From: Nostoc sp. DedSLP01
GTDB taxonomy: Bacteria > Cyanobacteriota > Cyanobacteriia > Cyanobacteriales > Nostocaceae
Direction: 5' to 3'
Assembly (NCBI GenBank): GCA_034530875.2
Contig: JAVRCJ020000001.1
Location: 320,001-384,000 of the forward strand
DNA: 64,000 nucleotides
In this document: piece after piece, positions 37,864 to 48,406 of the stretch
Layout of the letters: every line of letters begins with the position of its first letter
Numbering within the stretch: the stretch's first letter is position 1
The notes under the pieces: model-generated
Seen by the model: only the letters and a program-made list of their open reading frames with translations
What the model was told of the DNA's origin: nothing
The model's database searches: none
Made by a program: the position numbers and the translations under genes

Positions 37864-39846
37864 TTACTCTGCCAAATTAATGGCTGGATTGCGGTGAAAG
37901 AATCCTCTAGGTACTAGCTTAAATCCAACTCGGTGAGTTGGCATCACAGGCCAATCTTCCGATCGCGGAATATGAGTTACCCCCATCGTGTACCATAACA
38001 CAATATCTTCACCCATCAACGATTCATCATCTGCAATATATTTAGGTAAACCCTCTCCTGGGTGAGTTTGATTCGGATAATCGCCGCCAGCATAGAGTTC
38101 GCCAGGTTTATATTTTGTTACCCAAACATGGTGTGTGGCAAATTCTGCTCGTTGCCGAATTTTTGAGCCTTCCACAGGTAAAAAGGTAGAATTTCCTTCT
38201 GGCATCAGCATATATCCAGGTGCAGCACCGAGAGCATTCTTTTTATCTGTACTCACAATCATCCATTCTCGACTGTGCTTCATATCTAAATCGCGCACAG
38301 CAGCCGTTTCTTTGGTTAATGATTTTTCTATCATTACCATCGCATTTCCTAAAGGATTTTTTTCATCTATCGGTAAAGCATTAACGTTCATTTCCATTAC
38401 GGAATTAGCTTTACCATCTACATCAAAATCTAAGCGATAGTTGAAAAAATGCTGGTGATTTACTCCTATAATATTTTTGGCAATTAGCTCACCATACAAA
38501 TTTTCTGGGGATTTTTTTTCGGCAGCTGTTCCCTGTGCCAGAACAATACCTGTTAATTCGTTTTGTACTTCTAAAGTTCCATCTTGGCGAAATATCCAAT
38601 TAATACCGTAATCGTAGTTATCAATTGCTACCGTCATCGTCATCACTAATTCGCGATCGCGACGGACATCATTACGTTGAGTATTATAGTCATAATGCTT
38701 CCAGAGAATGCCGCGATCGCGTTCGTAGATACCGATAACCCCTGGTATTTTGTAAGGTTCTCCCTGTTCGTTAGCAAATACTGCATCTAATAAAAGACCA
38801 TTCTCAGGAATTTCCTTACCTAATTCCATCTTATTTGCTAATAAGCCAAGGTTGTATTCTCCAGCATCAAATGCATTCCTAAATGACCAATTAGGATTCG
38901 GATCGCCATAAGGAATTACCATTTCTGAAAGGCTAGCACGATATAAAACTGGTCGGACATTTTCGCCATCTTTGTATGTCACTTGGTACAGCATCAATCC
39001 ACTACGGGGATGCATTAAATAGCGAAAATTCCATCCTTGCCAGGTAATTTGATTATCGTGAATTTGGAAAGTTTTACCATTAGGTTGAAGAATCTTGAAT
39101 AGTTTGGGTGCTGACAGTAATTTACCCAAAGATTTCACATCATAGTTCCAATTTTCTTGAGAAAAGGGGATTTTATTACTATCAACAACGCTGACGACTT
39201 TACCTGTATTCAAATTGACAGTTGCGATGACTCCTTCAATTGGGCTACCGTAATAATTCCAGCGTTCGCCTTTATAGTAAAATAAACCGCGACAAAGACG
39301 ATCGCCTGTTTTTTCTTCCTCTTCGCTGAGGATTCCTGGTGCCCACCAACTAATTTTAACTTCCTCAAAATCGGTAATTCCCCGCCTTCGCATTGCTGCT
39401 TGCCATTGGGGCTCGGCTTTGACTACCTGCGTTGCTAGTTCGTATTCTGAACTCACGAGTGCAGGTTGTGCAGAGGGGATTTGTTTCCACGAACTTAAGG
39501 TTTTGCTTGTTAAATCAACAACTCCCTCAAAGGTTTTGTTTTGGAAGCGCTCATAAATTACCAAAAAAGCTTGACGTTTGAAAACTTTACTAGGCGTAAA
39601 ATTTAGAACTTCTTCTTTATCTGGTTCTTGTAAAGCGATAAGTGAAAAAGCTGCTATTTCGCTCAGAGTTTTTGCTCTTTTCACAACCGAAACAGCTGTA
39701 GTAATTTCTGCCTCTGTTAACGCACTTAAAGGATGGGAATTTGAAACCTGCTGAGCAGATAATTTCCCCATTAATCCAAATGAAATATAAATGGCAACAA
39801 TGATGGCAATAACTAGCCAAAAAAAATACCTTAGCCGTTTAATCAT
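37864..39846 (-). CDS. tynA: Copper/TPQ primary amine oxidase, probably exported
   Basis: HPLSAL, NYDY (TPQ site), HQHFF and THIPRSEDWPVMP motifs. N-terminal signal or anchor. Confidence 0.9.
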   Translation of the reverse strand: MIKRLRYFFWLVIAIIVAIYISFGLMGKLSAQQVSNSHPLSALTEAEITTAVSVVKRAKTLSEIAAFSLIALQEPDKEEVLNFTPSKVFKRQAFLVIYERFQNKTFEGVVDLTSKTLSSWKQIPSAQPALVSSEYELATQVVKAEPQWQAAMRRRGITDFEEVKISWWAPGILSEEEEKTGDRLCRGLFYYKGERWNYYGSPIEGVIATVNLNTGKVVSVVDSNKIPFSQENWNYDVKSLGKLLSAPKLFKILQPNGKTFQIHDNQITWQGWNFRYLMHPRSGLMLYQVTYKDGENVRPVLYRASLSEMVIPYGDPNPNWSFRNAFDAGEYNLGLLANKMELGKEIPENGLLLDAVFANEQGEPYKIPGVIGIYERDRGILWKHYDYNTQRNDVRRDRELVMTMTVAIDNYDYGINWIFRQDGTLEVQNELTGIVLAQGTAAEKKSPENLYGELIAKNIIGVNHQHFFNYRLDFDVDGKANSVMEMNVNALPIDEKNPLGNAMVMIEKSLTKETAAVRDLDMKHSREWMIVSTDKKNALGAAPGYMLMPEGNSTFLPVEGSKIRQRAEFATHHVWVTKYKPGELYAGGDYPNQTHPGEGLPKYIADDESLMGEDIVLWYTMGVTHIPRSEDWPVMPTHRVGFKLVPRGFFHRNPAINLAE

Positions 39847-40086
39847 CTTTTACATTCTGACAAAAGACGTGATACTTATCTATTTCCACGTATAAGCCTG
39901 AAAACCGATAAATTCAGAGGCTAAAGGTAAATTAATTGGGGAGTAGGGAGTAGGGAGTGTGGGGAGATGAGAAGATGGGGAAGTGTGGGGAGTGTGGGGG
40001 GAGAGGAGGGAAAGATTTCTTCCCCATCTTCCCACACCTCCCACACCTCCCACACCTCCTGCTTGCCCGATGCCCAATTCCCTAAT

Positions 40087-40611
40087 TTATGCAGAAACTA
40101 AACGACGTAAAGATTCAGCACGGCGTTTAGCAATAGGATTATTTGGAGCAAATTTGAGGGCTTCTTCGTAAGTTTGTAAAGCTTGAGTAGTTAATTTTTT
40201 CTTCTCATAAGCATGACCGAGATTATTTAATGCTGTCACGTAGTCTGGTTTAATTTTGAGTGCTTCTTTATACTGACGAATTGCTAGGTCATATTGGTCT
40301 TGAACAAAGTAAACATAGCCTAATCCATTGTAGATAGGAGCAATATTTTCTTCTCCCTCTTCTTGGGCAGTTTTCAGACCTTTTTGAAATAATGCGATCG
40401 CCTGGGAATACAGTTTTTTTTCTGAATAAATACTGCCCAACTCATAATATTCTTGAGTTGTGCCTTTTTCTTTTTCTAACTTCTTGCGTAATCTCGAAAA
40501 AGAGCTTTCAACTTTGCGAGTTTTGAAAATTTGGCGAAAAACACCTACTACTGTAAGCGCGAGCAAACCCACCAAAATTGAGAGATAAACAACGGCTAGA
40601 CTGTTATCCAT
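40087..40611 (-). CDS. ycf37: TPR protein, Ycf37 family (photosystem I assembly)
   Basis: N-terminal TM segment plus about 3 TPRs (YNGLGYVYF, ALNNLGHAYE), near rplT. Confidence 0.8.
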   Translation of the reverse strand: MDNSLAVVYLSILVGLLALTVVGVFRQIFKTRKVESSFSRLRKKLEKEKGTTQEYYELGSIYSEKKLYSQAIALFQKGLKTAQEEGEENIAPIYNGLGYVYFVQDQYDLAIRQYKEALKIKPDYVTALNNLGHAYEKKKLTTQALQTYEEALKFAPNNPIAKRRAESLRRLVSA

Positions 40612-40723
40612 TGCCTGCAAATACAAATATTAAAAGTTGCTTCTGTATCTATATTGTCCTTTGTCCTTTGTCATTAGTCCTTTGTAAATACTAATGACTA
40701 ACGACCAATGACTAATGACTAAC

Positions 40724-41539
40724 TTATGGTAAACCCCAATACTGGGCGCGTTGTTCGAGCCAACCTTCTGCTATGTAACGAGCGATCGCTCCATTGACTC
40801 GTCGTCTTAACTCATCGTACTGCAATCCCTTGGGCATCACCACAGACAAGGGTTCAGTTGATAGCTTAGTTGGCAGTAACCGATATTGGGGATATTGTTG
40901 TACCCAACCGCCAAGAACGCTAGCATCTGCGGCAAAGGCGACAACGGCATTATTTTCTATTTGCTCTCGCGCTTCTTGGTAGGAATTTACTCCTACTAAC
41001 TCGGCGTTCGGCAAATAATACCGTACTTTGGCAATTGTGCTGGAGTTATTGAGTACGGCAATTTTTTGTTTTGCCAAATCTTTTAACTGCTGCACATTAG
41101 TATCTTTTGTAACTAATAAAGTGCCATCCAGGTAATAAGGAACGCTGAAATTAACTATGCGGGCGCGGGAAGCAGTTGCTGTTACTCTAGCGATCGCTAA
41201 ATCAACTTTCTTATCTAAAATCACAGACAAGCGATCGCGATTCGCCACAGGTTGAAATTTGACAGCATCTTTTTTACCTAACAAATCAACAGCTAAACGC
41301 TGTGCCAAGTCAATTTCTAAGCCTTGCAAATTGCCGCTATCATCCCTAAATCCTAAAGGACGCAAGTTATCTTTAACTGCAATAGTTAAATAACCCCGCC
41401 GCTGTATTTCTGGCATTTCGGCGGCAGATGCAATTAATCCTGTGCCCACAAACCAAAAATAGCAAAGGCAAATGATAGTAGCGGATAATACCAGATGTAA
41501 CCGACTAATTTTTTGCCATCTGTTACATCGGTTATTCAT
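40724..41539 (-). CDS. Amino-acid ABC transporter substrate-binding protein (family 3)
   Basis: LTIAVKDNLRPLGF, GLEIDLA and FSVPYY motifs. Confidence 0.88.
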   Translation of the reverse strand: MNNRCNRWQKISRLHLVLSATIICLCYFWFVGTGLIASAAEMPEIQRRGYLTIAVKDNLRPLGFRDDSGNLQGLEIDLAQRLAVDLLGKKDAVKFQPVANRDRLSVILDKKVDLAIARVTATASRARIVNFSVPYYLDGTLLVTKDTNVQQLKDLAKQKIAVLNNSSTIAKVRYYLPNAELVGVNSYQEAREQIENNAVVAFAADASVLGGWVQQYPQYRLLPTKLSTEPLSVVMPKGLQYDELRRRVNGAIARYIAEGWLEQRAQYWGLP

Positions 41540-41551
41540 CCGTTACCACCT

Positions 41552-41908
41552 TTATCGTTTAGCTTGATTGGCTAATTCAGCAACTTTGCCGAAGCTTGCA
41601 GGATCGAGTACTGCTAATTGTGCCAACATTTTACGATTTAGTTGCACATCAGCTTTTTTCAAGTTACCGATCAACTGACTGTAACTCAAGCCGTGTTGTC
41701 TTGCAGCAGCGTTGATGCGAGTAATCCAGAGGCGGCGAAAATCGCGCTTTTTCTTTTTGCGATCGCGATAGGCACTCCGTAGTGCCTTCATCACTTGTTG
41801 GTTGGCAGTTCTAAACAGAGTCGAGTGGGAACCGCGAAAACCTTTAGCTAGTTTGAGAATTTTATTGCGGCGTTTGCGAGCTACGTTACCGCGTTTTACC
41901 CGTGTCAT
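41552..41908 (-). CDS. rplT: 50S ribosomal protein L20
   Basis: [14 protein letters not shown]...LWITRINAA. Confidence 0.99.
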   Translation of the reverse strand: MTRVKRGNVARKRRNKILKLAKGFRGSHSTLFRTANQQVMKALRSAYRDRKKKKRDFRRLWITRINAAARQHGLSYSQLIGNLKKADVQLNRKMLAQLAVLDPASFGKVAELANQAKR

Positions 41909-41929
41909 ATACTTAATTTCCTAATGGGC

Positions 41930-42127
41930 TTACAAATATGGCAGCATTAACCGCACGTTATCTTCATCGCGTTCGTGTACAAGTGTAGTCTTGGACATAT
42001 TACGCTTTTTGTTGGAGCTTTTATGCTCTAAAAGGTGGTTTTTGAAAGCTTTGCGACGGACGATTTTGCCGCTGCCGGTGGCACGGAATCGCTTCGCTGC
42101 TGCTTTACGAGTCTTGAGTTTAGGCAT
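41930..42127 (-). CDS. rpmI: 50S ribosomal protein L35
   Basis: [14 protein letters not shown]. Confidence 0.99.
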   Translation of the reverse strand: MPKLKTRKAAAKRFRATGSGKIVRRKAFKNHLLEHKSSNKKRNMSKTTLVHERDEDNVRLMLPYL

Positions 42128-42415
42128 TGTCTAGCTTTAATTCGACACAATCCCTCATTATATACCATTTAAATTGCTGCAATAGCAATTAAATCAATGA
42201 TTTAAACAACTATACTCCCCAAGCCCAAAGTCTGTACCTTGCTTCCTCTTTTGCCCTAAATATCTGTCGCGATCGCCGAGCCACGAAAAACTTGATACAA
42301 TTCACTCTCTCTGCTTCCGTTGCCTGAGAATAGCTTGACTAAATGTATCAACCTTCAAATTAAACGGGATCGCTAGGGGCGTGTCTGCTTGATTTACCTG
42401 AAAGACGCTGGATGA

Positions 42416-43987
42416 TTAGAGTTTTAAAACTTCCAACTTTTTAGGCAAGCTAGATGTATCAAAATCAATCTTTTTACCAGATCGGTCTAGCATATTCACG
42501 ACAATATAAAATTGGTCGTATTTGTTTGTTTCTGAGAAAAATCTTTTAATTTCGTTTGTTCTTGACTTCCAACCTTGAGAGTAAAGTACAAACTTATTTT
42601 TTCCATTGTCTACAGATAATAGAGGTACGTATTCGAGTTTAGGTTTCAAGGCAGATTTTTTCTGAGCCACAACAGAATCATCTGTAAGAACATTTGATTG
42701 TTCAGCCTTTACCTTTGTCTGTGCTGACATTAATTGCATTTGAGCTGCTGCGGGAATAGTATCACCAATTACAAAAATTGGCTTATCTTTTGGCTCTAAT
42801 TGCTGTAGTTTAGTTCCCACATCTGTAACTGCGTAAGAGTATTTCTTTGATAATGGGGCAGAATAGGAATAGTGATTGCTAATCACAATAGAAAATATGA
42901 AAGATGCTGCGATCGCTACTCCTATTTTTTTATTATTTTCTACAAATGATTTTGCCTGTGGTAATATATCTGCGAAGAAGATTGCAATACTAATTGCCAC
43001 AACAGGAGATAAATAAATAAAATGACGCGCTGGAGCAGGATTTGGCAGCCAAAATATGTAATTTATTAAAACTACTGGTAAAATAAAAAACAAATTTTGA
43101 TAACTGCGTTGACGCCATAAATATATGCAGGATATCAAAAAGATTAAAAGAAATAAAGGATTCAAACCCCAAACAAAGAGTAAGTTACCACGCAAAAAGT
43201 AATCAACGTATCTAACAGGATTATTCCATAAAAAAAGTTGCTCAAATATTCCACCATTCTTTTGAATATGAATGTATGGAAGTTGAGATTGCATGACTTT
43301 AAAAATAATTATTGCCAAAAAACTATATAAAACCGAAGGAAAGACAATCTTTTTCAAAGGATAGCCTTCAAGAATTAGACAGGCTGGAATCAAAGGAAAC
43401 ATTAGTATTGCATCTAGCCTGAACATTAAACACAAAGCTAAAGCAGTAACAATTAGTACATCCCATAAAATTAATATTAATTTATTTGCTCCTAATCTCA
43501 ATGAGCTTAGCGAAGAACGATAACTAATCAACGCTAATCCTATGAACATGAATACGACAGCTCCAACCATAGGATGTGCGTATTGTGCAGTTGTCCTCCA
43601 GACAGGAAGCAAAATTAGTAAGATATTTGCGAATAAAGCTATACCGACTCCCCAATATCTTTTAACTAACAAGAAAAAAGGTATGACCATCAAAATGCCA
43701 AAAGCTGCATTTATCTGGTTCATATAGGGAACAATTAAAAGCAAATTCTTTTTAAAAATAGGTCTAAAAAAGTCTACTAATGCATAATATGCAAAAGAGA
43801 TATCACTGCCATAAAGCCTTTTACTTCCTAACGGTTTGTCAAACACTATCAAGTCGTTCATACCTAAGATCATCCGGTAACTATCTCTTTCTCCAAATGT
43901 TTCTTTGTATGCATTCAGGCAATAAAAGATACAGGCGAATACTAATAGTAGTAATAGCCCTAAGACGGCTTTATTGTTTTGTTTCAT
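42416..43987 (-). CDS. Multi-pass membrane protein, GT-C-fold glycosyltransferase-like
   Basis: Roughly 10 TM segments, ERDSY in the first loop, FRLD and ARHF motifs, soluble C-terminal domain. AT-rich. Confidence 0.55.
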   Translation of the reverse strand: MKQNNKAVLGLLLLLVFACIFYCLNAYKETFGERDSYRMILGMNDLIVFDKPLGSKRLYGSDISFAYYALVDFFRPIFKKNLLLIVPYMNQINAAFGILMVIPFFLLVKRYWGVGIALFANILLILLPVWRTTAQYAHPMVGAVVFMFIGLALISYRSSLSSLRLGANKLILILWDVLIVTALALCLMFRLDAILMFPLIPACLILEGYPLKKIVFPSVLYSFLAIIIFKVMQSQLPYIHIQKNGGIFEQLFLWNNPVRYVDYFLRGNLLFVWGLNPLFLLIFLISCIYLWRQRSYQNLFFILPVVLINYIFWLPNPAPARHFIYLSPVVAISIAIFFADILPQAKSFVENNKKIGVAIAASFIFSIVISNHYSYSAPLSKKYSYAVTDVGTKLQQLEPKDKPIFVIGDTIPAAAQMQLMSAQTKVKAEQSNVLTDDSVVAQKKSALKPKLEYVPLLSVDNGKNKFVLYSQGWKSRTNEIKRFFSETNKYDQFYIVVNMLDRSGKKIDFDTSSLPKKLEVLKL

Positions 43988-44507
43988 AAATCAAATCTCA
44001 ATCCTTGTTATACAACTAACCTAAGAGGATGTTTGAAAATTTATGAGAGCGAAAATTTTATGGCAATTGGTTGACTATAATTGAGAAGCAGCCTAACAGA
44101 TTAACATCTTTTTTGCTTTAGATAGCTGATTGCAGCCTTGAAATTATTAATTATAATTTTTATTCTCTCAGATAATTAAAAATTACTGCAAAAAATTTTA
44201 ATTAAGATAACTTATTCGTGAAAATTTTCCTTTGTTCTTTAATTAACGTCTGTTTTCAAAATTCTTGAAAAACATTTGATAATGTTTTTTGTCAATAACA
44301 ATGACTAAATCTTTAATAAAATTTTATTTTGTAAGTTAATAGCTGTATATAACCTTCACTCATTGATTTAAAATCATACTTAAGTAAATATTACATGGCT
44401 ATTGAGATTTAATTTTAATATTTTAAATGATACGAATTGAGCGAGACAAAAAAACAGAATAATTTTGTCACAAGAGTAAATGTAGCTAAAAACTTCTGTT
44501 TTTTGCT

Positions 44508-44665
44508 TTACAGCTATTTTCAGGTAAATGAACCACATCTTTTTGATCTCACGCAGAGGCGCAGAGGAGGACACTTCCGTGGGCGGGTTTCCCGACTTGA
44601 GGAAAGTGTCCGTCGCGCAGAGAGAAATACAATAGTGTGGTCTAAATAGATGAAAACTGCTGTAA
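44508..44665. mobile_element. MITE with a nested small palindromic insert
   Basis: ~30-bp imperfect TIRs TTACAGCTATTTTCA...TGAAAACTGCTGTAA. Internal GGACACTTCC...GGAAAGTGTCC hairpin. Confidence 0.7.
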
Positions 44666-44669
44666 CTGA

Positions 44670-44783
44670 GCGATGTCTGACGACAAGCCCCTGACGCTCG
44701 TTCGCCTTTGGGAGAAGACTCGCTCTAAGCGTTAGCGCAGCGTCTCGTAGAGAAAGCTTTACGCTGCGCTAACGTGTCTACGC
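44670..44783. repeat. Nested small dispersed repeats, apparently inserted in a HIP1 site
   Basis: GCGAT|GTCTGACGACAAGCC...GTCTA|CGC enclosing the palindrome GTTAGCGCAGCG...CGCTGCGCTAAC. Confidence 0.6.
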
Positions 44784-44793
44784 TATTCATCAC

Positions 44794-47235
44794 CTACCGA
44801 CTTATCATCTCTGAAGTGACGATACATTGAGGAAATTGCCGCTTTAGCGCCCCAAACACGGGACAAGGTGCTTGTTCTTGCAAATTTTCTGGTTTACTCC
44901 AAGTAAAGGGAGCTTTTTGCGCCGCAGACATCCATAACATAAGTTTGGCTCGTGTCATGGCAACGTAGAGTAAACGATACTCTTCAGATATTTTTAACTG
45001 CTTTGCTTGTTCCCATGCTTGCGTCACATCGGGTATGGTAGATTCTCCGTGGAGGGCAGCACGAATTTGGGCGCGTGCTACTTCTGATAAGGTGAAATCG
45101 CCCAAGAACTGGCTTTGGGGAGGAACCCAAAATCTGCCAGGAATTAAGTTTTCGTGGAGAAAGGGAATAAAAACATAATCCCAGTCCAGCCCTTTGGCTT
45201 TATGCATAGTAATAATAGTCAGTTGACCGCGACGCGTGTAACGTTCCTCTGAATCTTCGGTTTCTACTGGTTCAAACCGTTCAGAACTGACGATTTCACT
45301 TAAAGCTGACAGCATTGACCTCATTGAACTATTGCTAGCTATCTGCTGGTTTACGCGTTCTGCAAGTTTATCAGCTGTAGCCAATTCGGCTTGGTCGTAA
45401 TTTAAAGTCAAGGCAAGGAAAGAAATTAGCTGATATAGGGGCAGTTCTAAACGAGCGCGGAGTAAACTACGACATAAATGTGCGGCTTTTTGTATCGGTT
45501 CTGGTTGCGGTGCTGCTAGGGGGCTGGGATATAAAAATTCTTCTGGTAAACTCGCAAGGGCATTAAGGTCTTGGGTAGGAATTAGCTGACGCTGCACCAA
45601 TGCTTCTAGTGCGGCTTTGAGGTAATCAGGAGAGTGGGGGCGATCGCAAAATTGGAGCAATGCTAATATTTCTTGGGGCACATGAGAACGGCGATCGCGT
45701 TCTCCCACATCATAAAGTGTAATATTATGCTCTTTACACACAGGCGCTAAAGCCTCTGCCAGCCATCGTCCTTGACGATTTTCTCGCACTAAAATCGCTG
45801 CACTATTTTGTGTTGGATCTTGGCCAAATAACTCGATCGCTCTTTGAGATAGCAATTCAACGGTGTGATAAATATCCCGTGGAGTGTATAGTTCCAGCCC
45901 TCGTCCTGTTGGTGCTGGGTTAGCGTTAGTTTGCGGGTCGCCAGCATCAACAGGGCGAATTGTCTGCAAGCGAAATGGTACTTGTCGGTTATCAAATGGT
46001 GATTGGGGACTGGTGAGTGGGGACTGGGGGTTTGTTGCTAACCAGTGATTATTGATCCATTTGAGGGCGAAGTTAGCAGCTTCAATAATCATTCTCGTAC
46101 TGCGACCGGCTCGATCCATCGTCGCCAATCGTTGAATGCGATCGCACTCTTCGCAAAATTGCCGAAAATAAATCGGATCGGCTGGGGTGAAAGTCGAGTT
46201 AATCGCTTGGTTGGGGTCGCCGACGCGTACCAAGTTGAGTGCTGAGTGGGGAGTGTGGGAGGGTTGGGGTGATGGGGTGGTGGGGCGATCGGGTGAAATT
46301 CTCTCCCCATCTCCCCCATTACTCGCCAGAATTTCCAACAACTGCGTCTGTAGGGGACTAGAATCTTGGGCTTCGTCTTCAAAGACGGCGAAAACTTGAT
46401 TTTGCTCAATGCGGCGGGCGCTGTCGTTTTCTAAAGCCCGCAGTGCAGCTAAAATCATATCGTCGTAGTCAATGAAGTCGCGCGATCGCATTAAGTTTTG
46501 ATATTGCTCGTACAATCCTGCTGCTACACGCAAAATTGCATATTCGTCTGTAATTTGTTGACTCCACTGTTGTAACTTCTCTGGCGATATCCCAGAACTT
46601 TTAGCTTCATGAATTACTGTATTAGCTAACTCTGGTAAAACTTCTGTCCGTAGTACCGATTGGCGACGTAACCTTTCTGTCTCTTCGCCGTCAAATTGAT
46701 GACCTTCTAATAACCGCAAATAAAGCTCTGGATTATTTCCAATCCATTGTTCTACAGCTGTGCGGATTAAACGGTGACTTTGAGTTGGTGTAATTAATGT
46801 GGCGTATTCTAACTGCAACCCTGATAAATCTGGATGGCGGCTAGCAATGTTCAATGCTAGACCATGCAAAGTAAAAACAGAAAAACCTGTTTGCGGTAGA
46901 GATAAATCATCTCGTAAATATTTGCGAATCTTGGCTTTAATATTGGCAGCAGCGGAGCGAGTAAAGGTGACAACCACCAACTGACGGCGCAAAATTGCGG
47001 GGGACTGGGCAGAACGCTCGTACTGACGTGCAAGTGCGATCGCCGCTGCCGCCGCCATCCCAGTGGATTTGCCAGCACCAGGAACCGCAGAAACAGCCAA
47101 AGGCCCGGATTGCCAATCAGCCATTTGTTGCTGTCCGGGGCGCAGACTATTGCGGATGCGTGCGATGGCTTCTGCCCGTAGAGATGATACGGGCGATCGC
47201 TGCAATACTTCTGAATCGAGATGTTCTTGAGGCAC
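44794..47235 (-). CDS. UvrD/PcrA-family ATP-dependent helicase
   Basis: AVPGAGKS, TFTRSAA, DEAQD, VGDPNQAI, TMHKAKGLDW and RLLYVAMTRA motifs. Confidence 0.93.
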   Translation of the reverse strand: MPQEHLDSEVLQRSPVSSLRAEAIARIRNSLRPGQQQMADWQSGPLAVSAVPGAGKSTGMAAAAAIALARQYERSAQSPAILRRQLVVVTFTRSAAANIKAKIRKYLRDDLSLPQTGFSVFTLHGLALNIASRHPDLSGLQLEYATLITPTQSHRLIRTAVEQWIGNNPELYLRLLEGHQFDGEETERLRRQSVLRTEVLPELANTVIHEAKSSGISPEKLQQWSQQITDEYAILRVAAGLYEQYQNLMRSRDFIDYDDMILAALRALENDSARRIEQNQVFAVFEDEAQDSSPLQTQLLEILASNGGDGERISPDRPTTPSPQPSHTPHSALNLVRVGDPNQAINSTFTPADPIYFRQFCEECDRIQRLATMDRAGRSTRMIIEAANFALKWINNHWLATNPQSPLTSPQSPFDNRQVPFRLQTIRPVDAGDPQTNANPAPTGRGLELYTPRDIYHTVELLSQRAIELFGQDPTQNSAAILVRENRQGRWLAEALAPVCKEHNITLYDVGERDRRSHVPQEILALLQFCDRPHSPDYLKAALEALVQRQLIPTQDLNALASLPEEFLYPSPLAAPQPEPIQKAAHLCRSLLRARLELPLYQLISFLALTLNYDQAELATADKLAERVNQQIASNSSMRSMLSALSEIVSSERFEPVETEDSEERYTRRGQLTIITMHKAKGLDWDYVFIPFLHENLIPGRFWVPPQSQFLGDFTLSEVARAQIRAALHGESTIPDVTQAWEQAKQLKISEEYRLLYVAMTRAKLMLWMSAAQKAPFTWSKPENLQEQAPCPVFGALKRQFPQCIVTSEMISR

Positions 47236-47515
47236 AGTAACAGTAGGTTTATTCTTTTTGAATATAGCGGTTCTTGCGCTTTGTGTGTAACTTTGCGTCT
47301 CTAGGATGGGGGAGTTTGACGTTTTGATTTGAACCTCAAAGTTGCACCTTTGAACTCGAACTTTGAGCCTTTTAACTCCAAAACTGAAATTTCAATCTTA
47401 GTATTACTTACGCAAAAACCTCTCAAACTCTTATTCCTTTGTGTCCTCTGTGGTTAGATTTTCCTTGACGCACATTAAAATAAAATTATCCTTAACTTAA
47501 TGCTTATCTAAGCTC

Positions 47516-48100
47516 ATGTCATCTCTTACAGAAGGACTCCATCGAATATTTGTTTGGTTAGATGAACACTATCCAGACATTGCTTCTTCTTTATCACCAG
47601 GATTAAGTTATGGGGAAATAACTAAAAAAATCGCAGATTTACCCTTTAAACTATCACATGAAGTTTACGAAATTTTCCAATGGCGTAATGGTAGCCAAAA
47701 TAATAGTATTTTTGGCGGGTCATCACTTTTTTCTCTGAATGGAGCGCTGACATTATATCAAAATTTTGAAGACTATTTTCTCGATTCAGATATCAAAGCA
47801 TTCCCTATATTTGCTAATGATAATAGTGCAGAATATTATTTTGCAGTTTGTGAGACTTTAAAAGAATTGCCAATAATTACAATTGGTTTCGACGAGCCAG
47901 AGATCATTGTCAAATACACCAGCCTTACTAACATGATTTTATCAATTGCAAATGCTTATGAATCAAAGGTATTTATTCGTGATGAAAGGTATGAATATAT
48001 GAAAATTATCAACCCTGATTTGTTTCAATCTATTCGTTATAAATATAATCCTAAAAATAAAGTAGATCTACTTTACGAGAAGCAACTGATAATTAGATAA
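47516..48100 (+). CDS. SMI1/KNR4 (SUKH) family immunity-like protein
   Basis: LHRIFVWLDEHYP..ASSLSPGLS..EI...LPFKLSHEVYEIFQWRNG. AT-rich. Confidence 0.8.
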   Translation: MSSLTEGLHRIFVWLDEHYPDIASSLSPGLSYGEITKKIADLPFKLSHEVYEIFQWRNGSQNNSIFGGSSLFSLNGALTLYQNFEDYFLDSDIKAFPIFANDNSAEYYFAVCETLKELPIITIGFDEPEIIVKYTSLTNMILSIANAYESKVFIRDERYEYMKIINPDLFQSIRYKYNPKNKVDLLYEKQLIIR

Positions 48101-48406
48101 TTATAAATTCAATTTATTTAGAATAATAACAACTCACCTGCATTTATTAGCAAAGTTTAATACTTATTCATCGCTAATTTGCTGATTAGCTTGTCTAGTT
48201 GCATAGGATGTGACTCAGTACCCCTATCTATGGCATTGTTTTTTCAAACTGATATGACATCGCTGAGAACATAGATATAAAAATTTACATTATATGACCA
48301 CTTAAACACTGAGTACACTGATTTCTGGGTAAACTAAAAACAGCACTGGCTATCGCAGCAACATCAGGCTTTTAGCTCATCACAGAAACTCGAAGGGGTA
48401 TACAAA

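Noticed and set aside
39880..40171. Short Gly/Pro-rich ORFs
   Set aside because: They are translations of STRR inverted-repeat DNA.
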